Origin: an uncultured cyanobacterium
Lineage (GTDB): Bacteria; Cyanobacteriota; Cyanobacteriia; Cyanobacteriales; Nostocaceae
Reading direction: 5' to 3'
Assembly (NCBI GenBank): GCA_963706595.1
Contig: OY970166.1
Span: 3,008,001-3,072,000 of the forward strand
DNA length: 64,000 bases
Part shown: one piece after another, positions 19,619 through 29,979 of the stretch
Numbering within the stretch: the first letter of the stretch is position 1
Layout of the letters: every line of letters starts with the position of its first letter
Notes under the pieces: model-generated
What the model saw: only the letters and a program-made list of their open reading frames with translations
Databases searched by the model: none
What the model was told of the DNA's origin: nothing
Position numbers and translations under genes: made by a program

Positions 19619-20080
19619 ATGATCAATGATCAGGAATTACTTCATGGCGCTGCGTTGATGCGGCTAGTTGATCATGGAGAACGTCTCACAATCTCTCACG
19701 CATCTTGGATACATTCATCTATTTATCTAGTTGAAACTGAAACCAGTCAATCGGCTATTCTTTTTAAGGTTTCCAAAAAGCCCAAATCCGCATGGCCATT
19801 CACTTTAAGCAATCAAGAAGAATTAGCTTTAGCTACTCTGCATAGTAAATATCACAGTATTTCCGTATTTTTGGCATTCATCTGTCATAAAGACGGTATC
19901 TGTTGCATCTCTGAAGAAAGGCTTTGGACTATCCTAGACAAAAATTCTGGTATTGCAGGACAGCATATATCCATGTCTCGCAAGACACATGGTAGTTATC
20001 ATATAAGTGGACCAGGTAGACAACAGATGGATCAGACAGTCCCTCAGAATGACTGGCCTCGCGTACTATTTTCTAATTAG
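19619..20080 (+). CDS. hypothetical protein, possible degenerate restriction-endonuclease-like fold; partner of Z1 protein
   Basis: 153 aa; HGAAL, FKVSK..W.FT, FICHKDGICC; 10 bp upstream of the Z1 gene start. Confidence 0.65.
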   Translation: MINDQELLHGAALMRLVDHGERLTISHASWIHSSIYLVETETSQSAILFKVSKKPKSAWPFTLSNQEELALATLHSKYHSISVFLAFICHKDGICCISEERLWTILDKNSGIAGQHISMSRKTHGSYHISGPGRQQMDQTVPQNDWPRVLFSN

Positions 20081-20090
20081 GACAACACCG

Positions 20091-22310
20091 ATGAGTAAGA
20101 TTGATATTGCAACGGATGGATATTGTATTAATAAGGTTATTGACAGACTTAAAAGCAAAATTGGAGATACAGCCGCAGGACAATTAAAACAAACTGCTGT
20201 TGAGGTAGTTCAGAATTGTGTTGATGTCTACTCTACAAGTTTTGGTTATGGTGATGTTGGTGCTATAGGTACAGGTATTGTTAGTCAGCCTCATAAGGGA
20301 GAAATAGCTGATGGTACTACCGGACTAATTTATGGCAAAGTTCAAAGCGGTAAAACCAATACTACCATTGCTACACTGGCACTTGCTCAGGCTAACCATT
20401 TCCGTTGCTTCATTGTGTTAACATCTGATAACACGTGTTTAGGCGAACAAACTGCGGCTCGTTTTGCCGATCAACTTAAAGGTGGTCCGGTTGTTTTTAA
20501 TTGGCAAAAATGGAGAAATGATCCAGAAGACTTTGCCACTAACGAACTACTTGATTATATCCAAGATACTGGTGTTGTCCTAGTATCTACAAAAAATAAA
20601 AGTCACTTAGATAATTTGTTAAAAGTTCTCAAGTCCGCTAAAGCAAGTAGTGTACCTACTTTAATATTTGATGATGAAGCTGATAATGCTAGCCCAAATA
20701 CTAACGAAGCAAAACAGGCTAAAAAAGGTAAAGACACAGTTCCAGATAGTGCAATTTTTGAAAAAATTGGTAACATTCGGAAAGAGGTAGCTAATCATAT
20801 ATATGTGCAGATTACTGCAACTCCCCAAAGCCTTCTACTACAAAATATTAATCATCCCTGTAGACCAGTTTTCTGTGCTGCTCTTCCTCAACCTGGTGAT
20901 AGTTACATTGGAGGAGATTTATTTTTTTCAGACAACAGCAAATATTGCTGCACAAAAGTTGAACTAGAAGAGTTAGATAAATTAAAAAAACAGGGAGGAA
21001 AGATTAACCCTGGTAATAATTGGGATATTCCTCCTGGATTGAGACTATCTCTATGCTGTTTCTTCTTAGGTTCAATATATAAGATAAAATCTGCAAAAAA
21101 TTCAGATGCTAAATACTCTTTTCTAGCTCATATTGATCATAAGCGCATCACTCATAGTACTTTAGAAAAAGTTATTCGTGGCTTTGTTGTAGAGCTTGAT
21201 AAGGCTCTTCGAGGAAAGCTATCTGCTACAAAGCATCAAGAAGCAATGAAATGGTTAAGTCAAGCTTACATAGAGTTAAGTGAAACAGCAAAAAATCTAC
21301 CGCCACTCAAGGATTTAGTTATAGAGTTAGAGCATGAGCTAAGAAATGCCATACCAAAAGTTATTGATGCCAGCAATCCAGATAAAGAAATAAAGTATAG
21401 CCCAGGAATGAACATTCTTATAGGAGGTAATAGGCTTGGACGTGGTGTAACTATCGAGGGATTAATGATTACTTATTACGGGCGTGATGCCAAGCAAAAG
21501 ACGATGGATACAGTTCATCAGCACGCACGAATGTTTGGTTATCGTCAGGAATTACTTGATGTGACGCGCCTTTTTTTACCTCAGCATATTTTAGAAGATT
21601 TTCGAGCGATTCATGAAGCTGATGAGGGAATGCGCCAAGCTATAGGTGATGACCCTAAAAATATTAATATTAAGCCCGTTTGGGTAGGTTCTAAGCTGAA
21701 AGCAACTCGTTCTAATGTCTTAAATCCAGCAGCAATTAATGCTTTTACACCTGGGAAAGCTATTTTTCCCCCTGATCCACTCTGGAAAGCTTCGGAAATT
21801 AAGAAGCATACAGAAGATTTAACCAAGCTTTTAGAGCCGTATAGCGATGAAGATATGCTATATGAAGTAGATATCAACTTTTTACTGAATATTCTGTCAT
21901 ATATGCCAAGTCGCCCTGCGGGTAATTATCCCTGGGAGGATAAACGAGTTCAAGAGGCACTCAAAGCAATGAAGAATACGGCTGGTATTCAGCAGGGACG
22001 GTTGAATGTTCGTCGGGGGAAAGAGACAAAAGGGCAGGGACTGAGATTAAAAAATAGACCAGCAAAAGATGGGTCAGGAACTTGGAGAGGAACTTCTGGT
22101 TTTACGAGTCCTGAATGGGTAAATAAGGCAAAACAGGAATATCCTAATCTTCCTACACTTATTGTCATTTTGGAACAAGGTAGAAAAGAAGATGGCTGGG
22201 AAGGTTTCCCGTTCTATCTTCCAACCTTAGTTCTACCTAAAAACAAATTTGTCTTCATGTTCAATTACTCAGACAATGCTGAGGATTTGGAAGATGATAT
22301 AGATTTATAG
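20091..22310 (+). CDS. Z1-domain protein with SF2-helicase-like ATPase
   Basis: GKVQSGKT (Walker A), IFDDEAD (Walker B), TATP, GGNRLGRGVTIEGL..TYY.R, DTVHQHARMFGYR are hallmark Z1-family motifs; ATG 20091 after TAGGA. Confidence 0.85.
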   Translation: MSKIDIATDGYCINKVIDRLKSKIGDTAAGQLKQTAVEVVQNCVDVYSTSFGYGDVGAIGTGIVSQPHKGEIADGTTGLIYGKVQSGKTNTTIATLALAQANHFRCFIVLTSDNTCLGEQTAARFADQLKGGPVVFNWQKWRNDPEDFATNELLDYIQDTGVVLVSTKNKSHLDNLLKVLKSAKASSVPTLIFDDEADNASPNTNEAKQAKKGKDTVPDSAIFEKIGNIRKEVANHIYVQITATPQSLLLQNINHPCRPVFCAALPQPGDSYIGGDLFFSDNSKYCCTKVELEELDKLKKQGGKINPGNNWDIPPGLRLSLCCFFLGSIYKIKSAKNSDAKYSFLAHIDHKRITHSTLEKVIRGFVVELDKALRGKLSATKHQEAMKWLSQAYIELSETAKNLPPLKDLVIELEHELRNAIPKVIDASNPDKEIKYSPGMNILIGGNRLGRGVTIEGLMITYYGRDAKQKTMDTVHQHARMFGYRQELLDVTRLFLPQHILEDFRAIHEADEGMRQAIGDDPKNINIKPVWVGSKLKATRSNVLNPAAINAFTPGKAIFPPDPLWKASEIKKHTEDLTKLLEPYSDEDMLYEVDINFLLNILSYMPSRPAGNYPWEDKRVQEALKAMKNTAGIQQGRLNVRRGKETKGQGLRLKNRPAKDGSGTWRGTSGFTSPEWVNKAKQEYPNLPTLIVILEQGRKEDGWEGFPFYLPTLVLPKNKFVFMFNYSDNAEDLEDDIDL

Positions 22311-22385
22311 AGTGAAAAAACAAGTATCTAATGTAGCGATCGTATCGCATCTTATGACAAAGCCCTGGCGATTAATTTTATAACA

Positions 22386-22450
22386 CATTTAGCCTGCCTA
22401 CGCAGGCTAAATGTGTGTAGCGCCAGACAGACTTCTAGTCTGAGGGTTCT
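22386..22450 (+). repeat. REP-like palindromic repeat, left copy flanking TA module
   Basis: CATTTAGCCTGC-CTAC-GCAGGC...TGTGTAGC..CAGACTTCTAGTCTGAGGGTTCT. Confidence 0.7.
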
Positions 22451-22477
22451 GAACTACTAGAAAGGAATGCAAATTAA

Positions 22478-22801
22478 ATGCCAGAAACAATTAATATTGA
22501 ACAAGCAGTATTGAATTATTTACGCATTCTCTCTAACGAGAAGCAACAAGAAGTCCTAGACTTTGTGGAATTTCTTGCCCAAAAGACGGCAAATCATCAG
22601 CAATTAGACCGAGAAGATTCATCAAATCCTCAACAGCAAGCACGGATATCTCTTCAAGAAATTGCTCGGCTACCTGTGGCAGAACGGCACAAAATACTAG
22701 AACCTTTTATTGCCGCCACAGCCGAAGATTTTTTGAATGACCCGGAATTAACAGAGTTTGCCGTTTTGGATGGTGAAGACTGGGAAACGGAAAATGACTA
22801 A
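22478..22801 (+). CDS. DUF2281-like antitoxin
   Basis: LRILSNEKQQEVLDFVEFL; acidic C-term; overlaps the mazF start. Confidence 0.7.
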   Translation: MPETINIEQAVLNYLRILSNEKQQEVLDFVEFLAQKTANHQQLDREDSSNPQQQARISLQEIARLPVAERHKILEPFIAATAEDFLNDPELTEFAVLDGEDWETEND

Positions 22802-23159
22802 TCCTCAAAATGGTGAAATTTGGTTAGTGCAACTTGATCCAACCAAAGGACAAGAAATTCAGAAGACTCGCCCTGCTGTTGTCATTAGTTCTGATATTTT
22901 CAATTCTATACCAATGCGAATTATTATTCCTGTGGCAACATGGCAACCTAAATTCCAAAATCGCCCTTTCATGATTCCGATCCAGAAAAAAGATGAAAAT
23001 GGGTTAGACTCAGACTCAGCAGGTAATGTGTTGCAAGTTCGTAGTGTAACAACACAGAGATTTGTCAGGTGTTTAGGAAAAGTATCAACAGCCGTTAAAC
23101 AAGAATTATTAAATGGTTTAATTATCTGTATTGATTACGCTCCGGAAAGCCATGATTGA
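22794..23159 (+). CDS. mazF: PemK/MazF family toxin
   Basis: GEIWLVQLDPTKGQEIQKTRPAVVIS, QVRSV..RF...LG. Confidence 0.9.
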   Translation: MTNPQNGEIWLVQLDPTKGQEIQKTRPAVVISSDIFNSIPMRIIIPVATWQPKFQNRPFMIPIQKKDENGLDSDSAGNVLQVRSVTTQRFVRCLGKVSTAVKQELLNGLIICIDYAPESHD

Positions 23160-23286
23160 ACAGGAGCTTTCATGTAAAATTCTCAAAACCCTTGCGGATT
23201 GCTTCACTCCGCTACGCTCCGTATGGCTAACGCCACGCTCCGCTAACGCAATGACATACATTGCAATTTTCACGCTTACTTGCCTG

Positions 23287-23347
23287 CATTTAGCCTGCGT
23301 AGGCAGGCTTTGTCTGTGTAGCCCCAGACTTCTAGTCTGAGGGTTCT
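23287..23347 (+). repeat. REP-like palindromic repeat, right copy flanking TA module
   Basis: CATTTAGCCTGC-GTAG-GCAGGC...TGTGTAGCCCCAGACTTCTAGTCTGAGGGTTCT; direct repeat of 22386-22450. Confidence 0.7.
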
Positions 23348-23469
23348 AGAGCAAAATTCCCCAAAAATACAGAATGCTTCCTCCAAAAGAAAGAGCTTGC
23401 AGACAAAACCCTGTTGTAAAATAGACATAAGTAAGAATTCGGGGGGCCATTTACTGGTCATAAACGCCT

Positions 23470-25221
23470 ATAGAAACTATTGTTGGCAATCTCCAAGGAC
23501 TAAAAGCCAGTCAGCTGAAACAACTACAGCGACTGTACCACCAGCGCATCCCAGGCGATCGCATCACCACGCCTGATTTCTCCCAGCGTCTGGCAGCAAT
23601 TAGCACAGAAATCAATCAGCCGATATGTGCCTACCTCAACCGTCGCGGACAAGTGATGCGTGTAGGGGTAGGTACACCACGTCAAACGCAAATACCACCG
23701 CTAGAACTGCCCCGTTACGGTGCAGAACGTCTGAGCGGTATTCGTTGTATAGCTACCCATCTCAAGCCAGAACCGCCCAATGAATCGGCACTGACAGCGA
23801 TGGCGTTGCAACGCTTGGATGCTTTGGCCGTGATAAATATCACCGGCACAGGATTTACAAAGCGCGGTGGCGGTTCCACTGGGTACGTCAAAGAAACTTA
23901 TTTGGCTCACCTAGTCTCAAGTACCAAACACCTCGTATCAACTCCGCAATTGGTAATCAGCGATGAAAAGTCTCTCGCGCAAGACACAGCCCTATACTCT
24001 AGCGTATCGCCGCCTATGAGCTTAGATATGCTGTCAGAGCATGACTTTATCGAGTTGGTGGAAGGTCTGGAAGCAGAATTTCAACGGGATTTTGTCGCCC
24101 AGGAAGTAGATGCAGACCATGATCGGGTGCTACTTGTGGGACTGATTACCGATAAAACCACTCCCCAACAATTCCAGGACACCATAGTGGAATTAGCCCG
24201 GTTAGTGGATACGGCTGGCGGAGAGGTATTGCAGACAGTACAACAAAAGCGATCGCGCATTCATCCGCAGACGGTAGTTGGTGAAGGTAAAGTTGAAGAA
24301 ATCGCCTTAACCGCCCAAACTCTGGGAGCTAATCTCGTTGTCTTTGACCGCGACCTCTCACCCGCCCAAGTTCGTAACTTGGAAAGAAAAATTGGTGTCC
24401 GGGTAGTTGACCGCACCGAAGTTATTTTAGATATCTTTGCCCAACGCGCTCAGTCCCGTGCTGGTAAATTACAAGTAGAACTTGCACAGTTAGGATATAT
24501 GATGCCGCGACTCAGTGGCAGAGGTCTAGCTATGTCCCGGTTAGGTGGTGGGATTGGGACACGTGGACCTGGTGAAACGAAACTGGAAACAGAACGCCGG
24601 GCGATTCAAAAACGGATTTCCCGACTGCAACAAGAAGTCAACCAGTTACAGGCGCATCGTTCGCGGTTACGCCTGAGACGGCAAAATCAGGAAGTTCCCT
24701 CTGTGGCTTTGGTTGGCTATACCAACGCTGGTAAATCCACTTTGTTGAATGCTCTCACCAATGCGGAAGTTTACACAGCCGACCAGTTATTTGCAACTCT
24801 TGACCCCACCACCCGCCGTTTAGTAATTGCTGAGGGTGACACTGGTGCAACTCAAGAGATTTTACTTACCGATACAGTAGGTTTTATACACGAACTTCCT
24901 GCTTCCTTAATGGACGCTTTTCGCGCCACCTTAGAGGAAGTCACAGAAGCCGATGCTTTACTGCATTTAGTTGATTTATCTCATCCGGCTTGGTTGAGCC
25001 ATATTCGCTCAGTCAGGGAAATTTTGGCACAAATGCCCGTAACTCCCGGACCAGCACTGGTGATTTTCAACAAGATTGACCAAGTAGATAGTGCGACACT
25101 GGCGATCGCTCAAGAAGAGTTTCCCTTGGCTGTGTTCATTTCCGCCAGTCAACGATTAGGATTAGAAACCTTACGCCAACGTCTGACTCAACTGATTCAA
25201 TATGTGGTTGACGCTCGGTGA
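23470..25221 (+). CDS. hflX: GTPase HflX (long cyanobacterial form), probable non-AUG start
   Basis: GYTNAGKSTL, DTVGF, NKID; frame is open upstream of GTG 23653 to ATA 23470 (I-ETIVGNLQGLKASQLKQL), with an in-frame TAA at 23461. Confidence 0.9.
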   Translation: METIVGNLQGLKASQLKQLQRLYHQRIPGDRITTPDFSQRLAAISTEINQPICAYLNRRGQVMRVGVGTPRQTQIPPLELPRYGAERLSGIRCIATHLKPEPPNESALTAMALQRLDALAVINITGTGFTKRGGGSTGYVKETYLAHLVSSTKHLVSTPQLVISDEKSLAQDTALYSSVSPPMSLDMLSEHDFIELVEGLEAEFQRDFVAQEVDADHDRVLLVGLITDKTTPQQFQDTIVELARLVDTAGGEVLQTVQQKRSRIHPQTVVGEGKVEEIALTAQTLGANLVVFDRDLSPAQVRNLERKIGVRVVDRTEVILDIFAQRAQSRAGKLQVELAQLGYMMPRLSGRGLAMSRLGGGIGTRGPGETKLETERRAIQKRISRLQQEVNQLQAHRSRLRLRRQNQEVPSVALVGYTNAGKSTLLNALTNAEVYTADQLFATLDPTTRRLVIAEGDTGATQEILLTDTVGFIHELPASLMDAFRATLEEVTEADALLHLVDLSHPAWLSHIRSVREILAQMPVTPGPALVIFNKIDQVDSATLAIAQEEFPLAVFISASQRLGLETLRQRLTQLIQYVVDAR

Positions 25222-25677
25222 TTTTGTTCTAGTTCATCCCAAATATAGTACATTTATACTGAATTAAAGTCCCTTTAACCGGGCTTTTTTTTTGAGCAAA
25301 TGATATCTATTTGCATTTGACTTTCCTCTACTCCTGACACATCAATAATTTTTTTATAGGTAAACATAAGCTCAAAAAGCTTGCTAAAGCTACTTTTTTA
25401 CTTCACAATACTAAATTAGTATAATCACCAGATAGTAGCGTCTGAATATATTACCAAGCTTTAGCGTGAGATTTTAATAAAAACTATTTCTATTAAAAAC
25501 TGAACAGCACTTTTTTTATAAGCTTGATCGCTGACTAGCAAGTGGTAAAGATTACATGAGTCATTAATAAAGATTGCATGAATTATCAATCAGATATATT
25601 GACTTGTATCATTTTTTGTAGGATCTTATAATGAAGGTGTATAACAAGTTACTAAAAATCAGGGTAACAAAACAACA

Positions 25678-26349
25678 ATGCTCAACAAAATTTCTACTTT
25701 ATTAGCTTCTGCGGCGATCGCTACTGGTACTGTTGCTACACTAGCTGCTGCACCCGCTTATGCGAATACTGGCATTTGCGCCCTATCAAATGTCCAATAT
25801 AATTCTGGTGGTGGATTGGTTAACGCAACCAAATGCGTAGGTGAGTTGGAAACTAATAGCACACAGTGGAATTTTAATAACGATGTTACAGGAACTGGCG
25901 ACCCATTACTGAGTCGATTGAATACTTTGTTTAATCTGTCCCCAGCAGAGTACACATGGTCTTTTGTTGGTAAAGATGAGTCAACTGGGGCGAATAGTCC
26001 AACAAATGGTTTTAATGGTAGGGAGAATGCTAAGTCAGGAAGCTGGAGTGTTGCAAACGCTATAACTGGCCCATTTGCGATTAGTTTGAAAGCAAGTACA
26101 GGATTCGCTGTGTATCTGTTTGAGAACTTCAACGATTCAGTAACAAGCGGATTTTGGAATACTCAGGCTCTACGTAACAATGGTGGGAACCAACCTAATC
26201 TGTCTCATATCTCCTTATTCAAGGCGACTTATGTTCCTCCCGAACCTCCTACTCCCAGACCCGTCCCCGAACCTGCGACAGTCCTGGCTCTAGGTCTACT
26301 AGCTAGTGGTATGGTAATGTCCCGTCGTCGTCGCACCATTCCTAACTAA
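25678..26349 (+). CDS. PEP-CTERM sorting domain protein
   Basis: signal peptide; C-term VPEPATVLALGLL-TM-RRRR. Confidence 0.88.
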   Translation: MLNKISTLLASAAIATGTVATLAAAPAYANTGICALSNVQYNSGGGLVNATKCVGELETNSTQWNFNNDVTGTGDPLLSRLNTLFNLSPAEYTWSFVGKDESTGANSPTNGFNGRENAKSGSWSVANAITGPFAISLKASTGFAVYLFENFNDSVTSGFWNTQALRNNGGNQPNLSHISLFKATYVPPEPPTPRPVPEPATVLALGLLASGMVMSRRRRTIPN

Positions 26350-26593
26350 TACTCCGCAACTGTCATCCTACCCATATCATAATTGGCAGCGCTAGAACTA
26401 ACGCTGCTAAAGATTTTTTTGTGGGTATTTTGTTGATGGAGTTTCATACATATTTAAATCAATCAACAGAAAGCGGTGCTAGTGTCGTCAAGTCGTATCT
26501 GATGAACAGGTTCCGTTTTTTATTGCTCATAAAGCGGTTATAGCCAGGACAAAGTTCTAAAATTGAGGAGTATTCAATCTAATTAAAGACTTT

Positions 26594-26860
26594 ATGGCTG
26601 CCAACGTTGAAGTTTACACTTGGAGTACTTGCCCATTTTGCATCCGTGCTAAAAGTTTATTGAAGAAAAAAGGCGTTAATTTTACTGAATATTGTATTGA
26701 TGGAGATGAAGCAGAACGGGCTAAAATGGCCGAAAGAGCTAACGGTAGACGCTCACTACCGCAAATTTTTATTAATGATTACCATGTTGGTGGTTGTGAT
26801 GACATCCACGCGTTAGAAAGTCAAGGTAAGCTGGATGAGTTACTAGCTGCTGGTGCGTAA
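26594..26860 (+). CDS. grxC: glutaredoxin 3
   Basis: CPFC, SLPQIFI, VGGCDD. Confidence 0.93.
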   Translation: MAANVEVYTWSTCPFCIRAKSLLKKKGVNFTEYCIDGDEAERAKMAERANGRRSLPQIFINDYHVGGCDDIHALESQGKLDELLAAGA

Positions 26861-26955
26861 CTGAAAATGGAATTGTTTCCACAGCCGCAATTGTGAATTA
26901 GTCCAATCATCAGGGGATAATCTAAGAAGAAATTCCCGGTGATTGAGGCAACAAC

Positions 26956-27924
26956 GTGAAACTGGCTTTTATTATTGATCCCATCCATCAACTTGACCCG
27001 TGTCATGATACCAGTGTTGCTCTGATGGAAGCAGCACAAATCTTAGGACATGAAATTTGGGTAACTCAGGCGAATCTGCTCAGTGTAGTAGATAGCAAAG
27101 CCTGGGCTATTTTACAGCAGGTTGAATTAGTTCCAGTGCAGTTAGTGGAGGGACGCTGGATTGCGGCAAATCCTTGGTATAAATTGAGCGCTCCCAGCTT
27201 TACCTCCCTAGAAGCAATGGACGCTGTGTTCATGCGGACAGATCCCCCAGTCAATGATTCTTATCTCTACGCAACTTACGTTTTAGACTACATTGACCAA
27301 AATAAAACTTTATTAGTTAATAGTCCTAGTGGTATCCGGGGAGCAAATGAAAAAATGTATGCCCTCCAATTTATCAATGCAATTCCAGAAACTATTGTCA
27401 GTGCAGACAAGCATTTAATTAGGCAATTTCTCGAAGCCAAGGGTGCAGCAATTATCAAGCCACTGGGTAACAAAGCTGGGGAGGGGATTCTATTTTTAGA
27501 ACCAAGCGATCGCAATTTCAACTCCATTGTTGAACTTAGTACACTGCGCGGTCGATTACCAGTGATGGTACAAACTTATTTACCAAAAGCTAAAGAAGGA
27601 GACAAGCGAATTATCCTGCTCAATGGTGAACCCATTGGGGCGCTGAATCGCCTTTCTAGCGGCAGTGATTTTCGGAATAATATGGCCGCTGGTGGGACTG
27701 TGGCTCCCACTACAATCACCCCCAGAGAGTATGAAATCTGTAATGAATTAGCCGAGACTTTACGTCAAGATGGCTTAATTTTTGTGGGGATTGATGTCAT
27801 CGGCGGTTATCTGACTGAAGTCAACGTCACCAGTCCGACCGGTCTTCGGGAAATTGACCGACTAGATGGGACTCATCTAGGCGAGCAGGTGATTTTATGG
27901 CTTTCGCAAACGTTAAAAAAATAA
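26956..27924 (+). CDS. gshB: glutathione synthetase
   Basis: MKLAFIIDP, FMRTDPP, ANEK, GDKRI, FRNNMAAGG, EVNVTSPTG. Confidence 0.95.
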   Translation: MKLAFIIDPIHQLDPCHDTSVALMEAAQILGHEIWVTQANLLSVVDSKAWAILQQVELVPVQLVEGRWIAANPWYKLSAPSFTSLEAMDAVFMRTDPPVNDSYLYATYVLDYIDQNKTLLVNSPSGIRGANEKMYALQFINAIPETIVSADKHLIRQFLEAKGAAIIKPLGNKAGEGILFLEPSDRNFNSIVELSTLRGRLPVMVQTYLPKAKEGDKRIILLNGEPIGALNRLSSGSDFRNNMAAGGTVAPTTITPREYEICNELAETLRQDGLIFVGIDVIGGYLTEVNVTSPTGLREIDRLDGTHLGEQVILWLSQTLKK

Positions 27925-28299
27925 ATAATTGCCTAAGTTTAGTTGATACCCCGGTTTTTTCCCGTCTGTTTTGGTTATTTACTAGGATCAAAAAATGAGC
28001 GATCGCCTCAGTGGGGGGCTTTCCTCCGGAACGCTGCGCGAACGCCCATCGCATCCTTCCGGCTCGGATTTTCACTTTTATTGCCAAAGCAAAATTAGAC
28101 ATCTGAATTTGTGGACTCCTGTCTAAGTTAATTTGATTTGTGGATGGCGTTCACAAGTTGGATCACCAATTTACTGCTTTGGCAATAGCAACCATATCAC
28201 TTTCCCTCACATAGTGACACTCTAAACCACTAGATTTTGTCCAGCGTTCAGCCAAATCTGAAACTGCAAATTTTATTGACAACTTAAATCCCCAATCAA

Positions 28300-29586
28300 T
28301 TAATTCCTTGGTGTCCGCCGATTGCGGAGAAAGTCTGGAATATCCAAGCCCGTTTTTTCTTTAGTAGGTTCCACAACTGGTGTGGGAGGATTAACTGGTG
28401 GTGGCTGTGGCGTTGACCGTTTGGAATTAGGTGCTACCCTGACATTAGCCACATTTTGGTTTGGTGGTACTTGGATTTCACCAGTAAACCCAGTTGCAAT
28501 TACAGTAATTCTCACCTCACCTTGGAGCCTGTCATCAATCACCGCCCCAAAAATAATATTGGCATTGGGATCAACTACTTCATATATCGCTTCGGCGGCA
28601 GCATTCACTTCATGTAAGGTGAGGTCACTGCCACCAGTAATATTAAATACAACTCCTCTGGCTCCTTCAATAGAACATTCTAATAAAGGCGAAGAAATAG
28701 CCGCGATCGCTGCTTCTCTAGCTCTTGATTTTCCAGAACTGACTCCTATCCCCATTAATGCTGATCCAGCATCCGCCATCACGGCTCTGACATCCGCAAA
28801 GTCAACGTTTACCAAGCCGGGGATAGTAATAATATCAGAAATACCTTGTACACCTTGACGCAACACATCATCTGCATAGCGAAAAGCTTCTTGTACAGGG
28901 GTTTGCTCTGGTATGACCTCCAGCAACTTATTGTTAGGGATAATAATCAGTGTATCTACTCTACTTTTTAACCCTTCAATACCTTGTTCAGCTTGACTGG
29001 TGCGGCGGCGACCTTCAAAAACAAATGGACGTGTAACAACACCCACAGTCAGAGCGCCCATTTCCTTGGCTACCTCTGCCACAATCGGGGCTGCACCTGT
29101 TCCAGTACCGCCTCCCATACCAGCAGTAATAAACACTAAATCAGCACCTTCTAAAGCCGTAGCAATTTCATCTCGTGACTCTTCAGCTGCCTTTTGACCA
29201 ATAGCCGGATTACCACCTGCACCTAAACCTCGTGTGAGTTTCTGTCCAATTTGTAATCGACTCGGCGCACCTGCCAAAGTCAAAGCTTGAGCATCAGTGT
29301 TAATTGACCAAAACTCTACTCCGGAAACATCAGATTCAATCATGCGGTTAACCGCATTTCCACCCCCACCACCAACACCAATTACTTTGATGTTGGCTAC
29401 CCGACCGGGAACAATCTCGCCAATCCGACTATTTTCCGTAGACATCTTTTTACTGTCGTGGTTTTGTCCAAAGTTCAGCCCAGAGTTGTTAAAGGGATTG
29501 GTTGAGTTAACTGCTAACGGAAACCCGTGCTGTCCCACAGATTGGGAGTTTTTATAGGTAAGCTCTTGGTTATTATCAAGTGTCAT
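28300..29586 (-). CDS. ftsZ: cell division protein FtsZ
   Basis: [24 protein letters not shown]-term LDIPDFLR. Confidence 0.98.
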   Translation of the reverse strand: MTLDNNQELTYKNSQSVGQHGFPLAVNSTNPFNNSGLNFGQNHDSKKMSTENSRIGEIVPGRVANIKVIGVGGGGGNAVNRMIESDVSGVEFWSINTDAQALTLAGAPSRLQIGQKLTRGLGAGGNPAIGQKAAEESRDEIATALEGADLVFITAGMGGGTGTGAAPIVAEVAKEMGALTVGVVTRPFVFEGRRRTSQAEQGIEGLKSRVDTLIIIPNNKLLEVIPEQTPVQEAFRYADDVLRQGVQGISDIITIPGLVNVDFADVRAVMADAGSALMGIGVSSGKSRAREAAIAAISSPLLECSIEGARGVVFNITGGSDLTLHEVNAAAEAIYEVVDPNANIIFGAVIDDRLQGEVRITVIATGFTGEIQVPPNQNVANVRVAPNSKRSTPQPPPVNPPTPVVEPTKEKTGLDIPDFLRNRRTPRN

Positions 29587-29979
29587 GGGATTTGTGAAAG
29601 GTAGATAAACGACTTTTTCAGGTATTATTCACCAGAACCTTCGCATCAAGGAAGCCTCTGGCTTGATTTAGACATGAGGTTTCTGATCTTAGAGTCAACT
29701 ATAGTTTGACACTGCAAAAATTTATGGCACTGTTCCTTATTGTGATCATGACTCCCAACCGTAACCAGATTCTTAGTGCGAAAGTTTGCTAGGGGAGCAG
29801 CTTAGTCGCGCCGCGCCGGAGACAATAGCACAGCTAATTCTAGAGAAGTATACTGAGATTTACTTAAAATTTATCTGTATAACTTCAAGGAAATATTAAT
29901 ATTTTCACTACTACGTTGCCGACTTAGTACATAATAACCTCCACTATTTTTTGTTAATGCTTTAGATTAGCAGATGTTT

